A stretch of DNA of 62,949 nt from an uncultured Anaerotruncus sp. (GTDB lineage: Bacteria; Bacillota; Clostridia; Oscillospirales; Ruminococcaceae). The position numbers and the translations under genes are program-made. The DNA lies in contig CAJUJI010000001.1 of the NCBI GenBank assembly GCA_910586875.1, forward strand, positions 1 to 62,949. Direction: 5' to 3'. Every line of letters begins with the position of its first letter. Position 1 is the first letter of the stretch. Under the pieces are notes generated by a model. It was not told where the DNA came from. It searched no databases and saw only the letters and a program-made list of their open reading frames with translations. Shown here piece by piece: positions 57,066 to 62,949 of this stretch.

Positions 57066-57551
57066 ATGGCTGATACCACTGTTTCCATCGAAAGCACCGC
57101 AACCAGGACGGATGATTTGGACGGCCGCTTTCTCACCTTCTATATTGGCGATGTCCTTTATGGGATTGAGCTTGCCAATGTCATTGAAATTATCAGCGTC
57201 CCGCTGGTTACCCGTGTTCCTGGCCTGCCCGAATACATCAAGGGAATTATCAACCTGCGCGGCAAGGTGGTTTCCATCATTGATGTGCGCCTGAAATTCA
57301 ACCAAGAAGAGCGCGCATATGATGGTAAAACCTGCATCATCGTTGTAACCATTCATGATATGACCGTTGGCTTGGTGGTGGATAGCGTCGCCGGCGTACT
57401 TTCGGTTGATCCCAACCAAAGCACACCGCCACCCGATCTGGGCGTAAGCTGTTCGGATAAATACCTCAAGTCCATCGCAAGGGTAGACGGAAAAATCGTC
57501 ATGAATATCGACTGTGAGAAATTCTTCCAAAGCGATCTTGCGATTTATTAA
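57066..57551 (+). CDS. cheW: coupling protein CheW
   Basis: TRVP..IKGIINLRGKVV; GLVVDSV. Confidence 0.95.
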   Translation: MADTTVSIESTATRTDDLDGRFLTFYIGDVLYGIELANVIEIISVPLVTRVPGLPEYIKGIINLRGKVVSIIDVRLKFNQEERAYDGKTCIIVVTIHDMTVGLVVDSVAGVLSVDPNQSTPPPDLGVSCSDKYLKSIARVDGKIVMNIDCEKFFQSDLAIY

Positions 57552-57573
57552 GTAAAGTTAAGGGGCAAAACAC

Positions 57574-58407
57574 ATGAATTCTGGCGGAACACAATCCAGC
57601 CTCATCCGCATGACCGATGAGGAATTTGCTACATTGACCAATTTTGTTAAGCAAAAATACGGCATCGACCTGACCAAAAAGCGCACGCTGATTGAAGGCC
57701 GCTTGACCAATGAGCTGCGTCACCGTGGGTTCCGCAGCTTCAAGGACTATTTTAACGTTCTGTTTAATGACAAAGCAGGCAATGAAACGGTCACACTGCT
57801 TAACAAGCTAACAACCAACCTTTCCTACTTCATGCGGGAAAATGAGCATTTTGAGTTCCTGCGCACCCAGGTGCTCCCTTATTTTGAGCGCACCCGCCAT
57901 AGAGAGCTGCGTATCTGGAGCGCGGGCTGTTCCACCGGCCAGGAGCCGTATAATACTGCGATTGTTCTTGACGAATATTTTGGCACGCGCAAAAGCCAGT
58001 GGGACACTCGTATTCTAGCAACCGATATTTCTATGAAGGTGCTCACCCAGGCAAAGGCTGGTATCTATACCGCAGAGGACCTCAAGGACCTGCCTGCACA
58101 ATGGAAGCAGAAATACTTTATCAAGCAGGCGGACGGCCGTTTCCAGGTGTGCGAGCGCATCCGCAAAGAGGTGATCTTCCGCCCGCTGAACCTGATGGAA
58201 CCATTCCACTTTAAAAAGCCGATGGATTTGATCTTCTGTCGCAATGTTATGATTTACTTTGACGGGCCGACCAAACAGCAGTTGGTCAACAAATATTACG
58301 ATTGGACTGCGCCGGGCGGCTATCTGTTCATTGGACATTCCGAGAGCATCGGCAATGATACCCGTTATACATACGTGCAGCCTGCTATTTATCAGAAGAA
58401 AGGGTGA
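57574..58407 (+). CDS. cheR: chemotaxis methyltransferase CheR
   Basis: IWSAGCSTGQEPY; ILATDIS; IFCRNVMIYFD; GHSES. Confidence 0.97.
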   Translation: MNSGGTQSSLIRMTDEEFATLTNFVKQKYGIDLTKKRTLIEGRLTNELRHRGFRSFKDYFNVLFNDKAGNETVTLLNKLTTNLSYFMRENEHFEFLRTQVLPYFERTRHRELRIWSAGCSTGQEPYNTAIVLDEYFGTRKSQWDTRILATDISMKVLTQAKAGIYTAEDLKDLPAQWKQKYFIKQADGRFQVCERIRKEVIFRPLNLMEPFHFKKPMDLIFCRNVMIYFDGPTKQQLVNKYYDWTAPGGYLFIGHSESIGNDTRYTYVQPAIYQKKG

Positions 58408-58411
58408 GCGT

Positions 58412-59479
58412 ATGCCAATTTTTGCAAAAATCCGCCTGCTGATTGTAGACGATTCGCTGTTCTTCCGCAAATCGCTGGAGCAGGGGCTTTCCCGCGATCC
58501 GCGGATTGAAATTGTGGGGATGGCGGTCGATTCTTTCGACGCAATGAACAAAATCCGGCAATTAAATCCAGATGTTGTCACTCTAGACGTGGAAATGCCG
58601 AAGCTCAACGGCATCGACTTTCTCAAGCAGCTCATGCCAAAGCATCCGTTGCCGGTGGTTGTCGTCAGCTCACTACCCATCAATGCGCTGGATGCGTTGC
58701 AGGCCGGCGCAGTTGATTTTGTCAAAAAGCCGGAGATCAAATCCTCGCAGGATTTGTCCCGCTTCATGGCCGAGCTCATCTCCAAAATTAAAATTGCCTC
58801 TACTGCTCGAATTCCTACCCAGCGACCCACAGCCTCTATTGCAACCCAGCGGGAGGCAATGCCGGTTTTAAACCGCACAGGGCTTTCGACCTCGTCCAGT
58901 CCAATTATTGCAATTGGAGCGTCTACCGGCGGCACCGAAGCAATTTTGGAGGTGGTGCGCAACCTGCCTGCAACCACCCCTGGCGTTGTAATTGTGCAGC
59001 ATATGCCGCCTGTGTTTACCAATATGTATGCACAGCGCCTCGACCGCATCTGCAAAATGCACGTTGTGGAGGCAACCAACGGCGACCGTGTGGAACAGGG
59101 TAAAATTATCATCGGCGCAGGCGGCTTACAGCTAAGACTTGCGAAGGACCCACGTGGCTACTATGTCAGGAGCGAGGGCAGCGAAAAAATTGGCGGCTTC
59201 TGTCCTGCGGTTGATGTGCTGTTTGACTCGGTTGCTGCGGTTGCTGGCCGGAATGCGATGGGTGTCATTCTGACTGGCATGGGCGGCGATGGCTCTAAAG
59301 GCCTGCTGAAAATGCGCAAAGCAGGCGCCTATACGGTTGGTCAGGATAAGGAAAGCTGCGTTGTATATGGGATGCCAATGGTTGCATTCAAAATTGGCGC
59401 TGTACAAAAGCAGCTCCCGCTTGACCGGATCGGCGGCGAAATTATCCGCTATCTAAATTCCGGCGGTAATATTCGTTAG
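58412..59479 (+). CDS. cheB: chemotaxis methylesterase CheB
   Basis: receiver LDVEMP; GASTGG, VQHMP, PAVDVLF, LTGMGGDG. Confidence 0.97.
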   Translation: MPIFAKIRLLIVDDSLFFRKSLEQGLSRDPRIEIVGMAVDSFDAMNKIRQLNPDVVTLDVEMPKLNGIDFLKQLMPKHPLPVVVVSSLPINALDALQAGAVDFVKKPEIKSSQDLSRFMAELISKIKIASTARIPTQRPTASIATQREAMPVLNRTGLSTSSSPIIAIGASTGGTEAILEVVRNLPATTPGVVIVQHMPPVFTNMYAQRLDRICKMHVVEATNGDRVEQGKIIIGAGGLQLRLAKDPRGYYVRSEGSEKIGGFCPAVDVLFDSVAAVAGRNAMGVILTGMGGDGSKGLLKMRKAGAYTVGQDKESCVVYGMPMVAFKIGAVQKQLPLDRIGGEIIRYLNSGGNIR

Positions 59480-59493
59480 TTTTTATAAGATAT

Positions 59494-59526
59494 AAACCCT
59501 TGGCGGATTGCCAAGGGTTTTATTTT
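59494..59526 (+). terminator. intrinsic terminator after cheB
   Basis: AAACCCTTGGC-GGATT-GCCAAGGGTTT-TATTTT. Confidence 0.85.
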
Positions 59527-59591
59527 GATAAAAGCAGAAGAAAGCGATCATCGGAAAATGGCCAGCCTCAATAAAAATTTTTCGGAAACGG

Positions 59592-59643
59592 TTGACAAAT
59601 CAGTTAGCATATGCTAATATAGTATCAGTTAGTTTTTACTAAC
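59592..59643 (+). promoter_or_regulatory. orphan sigmaA promoter with two palindromic operators
   Basis: TTGACA-17nt-TAATAT; TTAGCATATGCTAA and GTTAGT-TTTT-ACTAAC palindromes. Confidence 0.6.
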
Positions 59644-59758
59644 CAAATCTGATTGGCTATCCGCAAATAGCACACCATAAATTACGGGAACATGCCATGT
59701 TTCCCTGGCTTGCAGCTATCCGCAAACAATAGCTGCAAGCCTTCCTCCATTTTGGGGA

Positions 59759-60235
59759 CTATTTTGGCTGGTGTAATTTTCCCTCACGTTTCAGATAGTC
59801 CAACAACGCGTTACAGCCTTCCAAAATATCATCATAGGTCAAATCGAAGTTTCCCGTAAACCATGGATCTGCAATATCCCGCGGATGCTCACTGAAATCC
59901 AACAGCAGACACAATTTTTTCTGAGGATCCGCGCCTAAAATGCGCCGCATCCCCACCAGGTTATACTGCTCCATCCCGATGATATAATCATAAGCAGCGT
60001 AATCCTGACCTTTGAGCTGGACCGCATATTTCCCCTCAGTAGAGATGCCCTGCGCTTGCAGCTTGCGGCGGGTGCCCTGGTGTACACGATTGCCCACCTC
60101 CTCGGAGCTCGTGGCCGCAGATGCAATTTCAAACTGTTCTCCCAACCCCTGCTTTTCCACAAGGTCCCGAAACACAAATTCCGCCATTGGCGAGCGACAG
60201 ATGTTGCCATGGCAGACAAATAATATTTTGATCAT
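59759..60235 (-). CDS. low molecular weight protein tyrosine phosphatase
   Basis: FVCHGNICRSPMAE; DIADPW. Confidence 0.95.
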   Translation of the reverse strand: MIKILFVCHGNICRSPMAEFVFRDLVEKQGLGEQFEIASAATSSEEVGNRVHQGTRRKLQAQGISTEGKYAVQLKGQDYAAYDYIIGMEQYNLVGMRRILGADPQKKLCLLLDFSEHPRDIADPWFTGNFDLTYDDILEGCNALLDYLKREGKLHQPK

Positions 60236-60699
60236 TTAAACGTCTTCTCCAGTTCCAATAATTTTTGTTTACAGTCCAGTCCGCCTGCGTAGCCCGTTAG
60301 ACCGCCATCTGCGCCCAGCACCCGATGACATGGAATAAGAATTGGTAAGGGATTGCGGTTATTCGCCAAGCCCACCGCGCGGCAGGCCTTTGGATTGTGA
60401 ATTTGCTGTGCAATCTGCTGATAACTGCGCGTCTCTCCATAGGGAATTTTACACAGCTCCGTCCAGACCATTTTCTGAAAGTCTGTGCCGGTCATCTGCA
60501 ACGGCAGCTCAAAATTCTTGCGCATACCCTGCAAATATTCTTGTATCTGTTGTGCTACACGGTCAGATAACGCGGTACGTTCCTGCTGCGCCTCTGGCGG
60601 CATTTGACCCGCAAAGCGAATTGCGATAACCGCCTCTTTTGTACAACAGACGGTCAACGCACCAATTGCTGTTTCATAGACAAAGTAAGTTTGCTCCAT
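60232..60699 (-). CDS. ogt: methylated-DNA-protein-cysteine methyltransferase
   Basis: GTDFQKMVW, IPYGETRSY, RAVG, PCHRV; start after GAGGAGG. Confidence 0.95.
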   Translation of the reverse strand: MEQTYFVYETAIGALTVCCTKEAVIAIRFAGQMPPEAQQERTALSDRVAQQIQEYLQGMRKNFELPLQMTGTDFQKMVWTELCKIPYGETRSYQQIAQQIHNPKACRAVGLANNRNPLPILIPCHRVLGADGGLTGYAGGLDCKQKLLELEKTFK

Positions 60700-60716
60700 A
60701 AACAATTCCTCCTCTG

Positions 60717-60752
60717 CAAAAATCCGGACCGCCCAAAGGACGATCCGGATTC
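60717..60752 (-). terminator. terminator-like hairpin after tRNA-Leu
   Basis: ATCCGGATCGTCC-TTT-GGGCGGTCCGGAT-TTTT. Confidence 0.65.
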
Positions 60753-60759
60753 TTATGAA

Positions 60760-60841
60760 TGCGGGTAACAGGACTTGAACCTGCACGAATTGCTTCACCA
60801 GAGCCTAAATCTGACGCGTCTGCCAATTCCGCCATACCCGC
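60760..60841 (-). tRNA. tRNA-Leu (anticodon TAG), CCA not encoded
   Basis: GCGGGTA/TACCCGC acceptor stem; D-arm TGGCGGAATTGGCAGACGC; loop TTTAGGC; long variable arm; GGTTCAAGTCC T-arm. Confidence 0.95.
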
Positions 60842-60874
60842 ATACAGCGCCCCCGTTGGGAACGTACAGGAATT

Positions 60875-60903
60875 ATTATACTCAAAAACTGGGTGTCTGT
60901 CAA
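60875..60903 (-). promoter_or_regulatory. sigmaA promoter of tRNA-Leu
   Basis: perfect TTGACA-17nt-TATAAT. Confidence 0.85.
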
Positions 60904-60975
60904 CCTTGTATTTCTTTGCTTTCTTTTTAGAAAGCTGCGGGCAGCCGAAAACTGCGGCAGCTTCACGGTCCCAGA

Positions 60976-61004
60976 TTGAAAAGGACTGCATTTTGTGATA
61001 GAAT
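60976..61004 (+). promoter_or_regulatory. sigmaA promoter of a small membrane protein gene
   Basis: TTGAAA-17nt-TAGAAT with TGn extension. Confidence 0.65.
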
Positions 61005-61034
61005 TAGAATATAAAATCGCACATAGGAGGTTTT

Positions 61035-61214
61035 ATGATGAAAAATATCGCATATCTCATGGTAGGATTGATTCTTTTTATACTCGCTGTAATCTACCCG
61101 CTTCCAACCATATTTGCTGTCTCTGGGATTGTATGGAGAATTCTAATTGGTTTGCTCGGTTGTTTCTCGTTTACCTGGGGCATCTACAAAACAGTTCGTA
61201 AAAATAACGAATGA
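61035..61214 (+). CDS. 59-aa two-TM small membrane protein (absent from the ORF track)
   Basis: AGGAGG RBS; MMKNIAYLMVGLILFILAVIYPLPTIFAVSGIVWRILIGLLGCFSFTWGIYKTVRKNNE; own promoter and terminator. Confidence 0.75.
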   Translation: MMKNIAYLMVGLILFILAVIYPLPTIFAVSGIVWRILIGLLGCFSFTWGIYKTVRKNNE

Positions 61215-61217
61215 AAC

Positions 61218-61256
61218 ATCGGAGGTTGTTCATAATAGAACAACCTCCGATATTTT
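61218..61256. terminator. terminator between convergent genes
   Basis: ATCGGAGGTTGTTC-ATAATA-GAACAACCTCCGAT then ATTTT. Confidence 0.8.
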
Positions 61257-61271
61257 ATAGACACTGTGTAT

Positions 61272-62552
61272 TCATGTGTCAGAAATTTTGAGAATCCCCG
61301 CCTCCAAAAGCGATTGGGCGGCGAGCACCACCCCTGTTTTGCCACTGGGCCAGGTAAGACCACCCTGCATCCAAGCGGCGTATGGCTCCCGCATGGGGCC
61401 GTCTGCGGAAAGCTCAATCGACGCGCCCAAGGTAAACGCGCCGGCCGCCATAATCACCTGGCTGTCATAGCCCGGCATATCCCATGGCTCCGGTGTTACA
61501 AATGCGTCAACCGGCGCGCCGCGCTGTACCCCCTGGCAGAAGGCAGTCAAGCCGCGCGCGCTGCCTAGCTTCACTGCCTGAATGATGTCCGAACGCGGTG
61601 CATCCCAATGCGGGTACACCTCAAACCCGAGCTGCTCGAACAGCGCTGCTGCAAAGACAGCTGTACGGGTTGCAGCAGCGACCACCGTAGGCGCATGGAA
61701 TAGCCCCAGGAACAGGCTGCGGCTTTCATCCAGCGTACAGCCGACCTCCTTGCCCACCCCCGGTGCGGTCAAGCGGCAGGCGCAAAGCTCCACCAGGTCC
61801 GCCCGTCCTGCGATATACCCGCCTGTTTTGGCAATCCCGCCGCCTGGATTTTTAATCAGCGAGCCTGCAATCAAATCTGCGCCGACCTGGGTTGGCTCCT
61901 GCTGCTCGACAAATTCCCCATAGCAGTTGTCCACCATAATAATCGCATCAGGATTCGCCGCACGTACCAGCTTGCAGATCCGCTCTATCACCGCAATAGA
62001 CAGAGTCTCGCGCAGTGTATAGCCTCGCGACCGCTGCAAATAGGCGACCTTCGCCCCCTGCACCGCCTGCGCAATGCCGTCATAATCTGGCGTGCCATCC
62101 GCAAGCAGGTCCAACTGCGCATATGCAATGCCAAATTCCTTGAGGGAACCGCTGCCGCCTGGGACAATTCCCAGCACTGGCTGAAGGGTATCATACGGCG
62201 TGCCGGTCAGCGAAACAATCTTGTCGTGCGGGCGCAGCACTCCGAACAGCGCGGTGGTAAGCGCATGGGTGCCCGAAACAAAATTATGACGAATGAGCGC
62301 ATCCTCACAGCCGAAAATTTCCGCAAGCACTGCATCCAAAACCTCGCGGCCACGGTCGCCATAGCCATAGCCGGTTGAGCCTGCAAAATGGCTTTCGCTC
62401 ACTCCATTGTGGATGAATGCAGCCAACACCTTACAGCCGTTATATTCTGCGGTCTCGTCAATGCGGGCAAAGGCACTGTGGCAGCGCGTCTGTGCAACAC
62501 GCGCCTGCTCTTGTATGTAAGGATCTATCTGAAAAAATTGTTCAATCATCAT
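61272..62552 (-). CDS. YnbB / aluminium-resistance family PLP-dependent enzyme
   Basis: TGYGYGDRGRE, FVSGTHA, QRSRGY, DNCYGEF, GSLIKNPGGG, ELSADGP. Confidence 0.92.
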   Translation of the reverse strand: MMIEQFFQIDPYIQEQARVAQTRCHSAFARIDETAEYNGCKVLAAFIHNGVSESHFAGSTGYGYGDRGREVLDAVLAEIFGCEDALIRHNFVSGTHALTTALFGVLRPHDKIVSLTGTPYDTLQPVLGIVPGGSGSLKEFGIAYAQLDLLADGTPDYDGIAQAVQGAKVAYLQRSRGYTLRETLSIAVIERICKLVRAANPDAIIMVDNCYGEFVEQQEPTQVGADLIAGSLIKNPGGGIAKTGGYIAGRADLVELCACRLTAPGVGKEVGCTLDESRSLFLGLFHAPTVVAAATRTAVFAAALFEQLGFEVYPHWDAPRSDIIQAVKLGSARGLTAFCQGVQRGAPVDAFVTPEPWDMPGYDSQVIMAAGAFTLGASIELSADGPMREPYAAWMQGGLTWPSGKTGVVLAAQSLLEAGILKISDT

Positions 62553-62665
62553 TTTTCTCCTGTTCTTTTCTACGAGTGCAGCTGTTTTGGCTGGTGGTGA
62601 ACCACCCTTGCCACACGCAAAAAATGCCGGCGCAGCGTGACTGCCACGCTACACAGACAGTACGA

Positions 62666-62949
62666 TCAAGCATCCGCCAGCCAGCTCCCCCAATGCCCGA
62701 TCTCTACAAAGCCCTGCCGCTTGTAAAATTGCATTAGACCTTCCTCTTTTGCCACCAGACAAGGCCGCAACCCCTGTGCTTTCGCCTGCTTCACCGCATA
62801 CGCCAACAGCCTACGGAATGCACCGCTCCCACGTCCTTCCGGACTGGTTGCCCCTGACGCAATGATCGCATTCTGCCGGTCCTTCTCATAAATCCCAATT
62901 GTTGATATTATTTTATTTTCTACTTTTAGTATCCAAATATCCGCCAGAC
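62666..62949 (-). CDS. GNAT family acetyltransferase, 3' part (truncated by the window edge)
   Basis: open frame ...ATSPEGRGSGAFRRLL...FYKRQGFVEIGHW...*: GNAT motif A and FYxxxGF. Confidence 0.75.
   Translation of the reverse strand, partial: LADIWILKVENKIISTIGIYEKDRQNAIIASGATSPEGRGSGAFRRLLAYAVKQAKAQGLRPCLVAKEEGLMQFYKRQGFVEIGHWGSWLADA

Noticed and set aside
60760-60841. tRNA as integration site of a genomic island carrying the flagellar cluster
   Set aside because: No integrase, and no duplicated tRNA 3' end seen in the window.
1-62949. CRISPR array, rRNA, intact IS or prophage, known c-di-GMP riboswitch
   Set aside because: No regularly spaced repeats, transposase or phage ORFs, or GEMM/c-di-GMP-II consensus recognised by eye; an Infernal scan would be needed to fully exclude riboswitches.

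Overview
About 58 kb of this window (1470-59479) is a flagellar, chemotaxis and c-di-GMP gene cluster from a moderately GC-rich Firmicute. Gene content suggests Clostridia, Oscillospiraceae/Ruminococcaceae-like (inference). It is flanked by a lipoprotein on the left and by housekeeping genes on the right (LMW phosphatase, ogt, tRNA-Leu, YnbB-like PLP enzyme, partial GNAT). The canonical export, C-ring, rod, hook, cap, stator, FliA/FlgM, CsrA/FliW and Che genes are present. Flagellin, fliL and flhF/flhG are not seen. Non-canonical parts: (i) a 1571-aa cadherin-like repeat surface protein and a class B sortase sit directly ahead of flgB-flgC, with an NPGTG motif lacking its membrane anchor and an in-frame TAG separating the two ORFs; (ii) a soluble protein that looks like MotA with its transmembrane helices removed; (iii) a ParA ATPase paired with a ComFB-domain partner; (iv) a putative sigma28 operon joining FliK-like, FlhB-C-like, PilZ, long FtsA-like and degenerate EAL-HDOD genes; (v) a second FliD-like gene behind a long structured leader; (vi) flhB apparently starting at ACG; (vii) six copies of a variant sigma28 promoter motif; (viii) several structured non-coding elements. 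All family calls come from motif recognition by eye; no database search was run.
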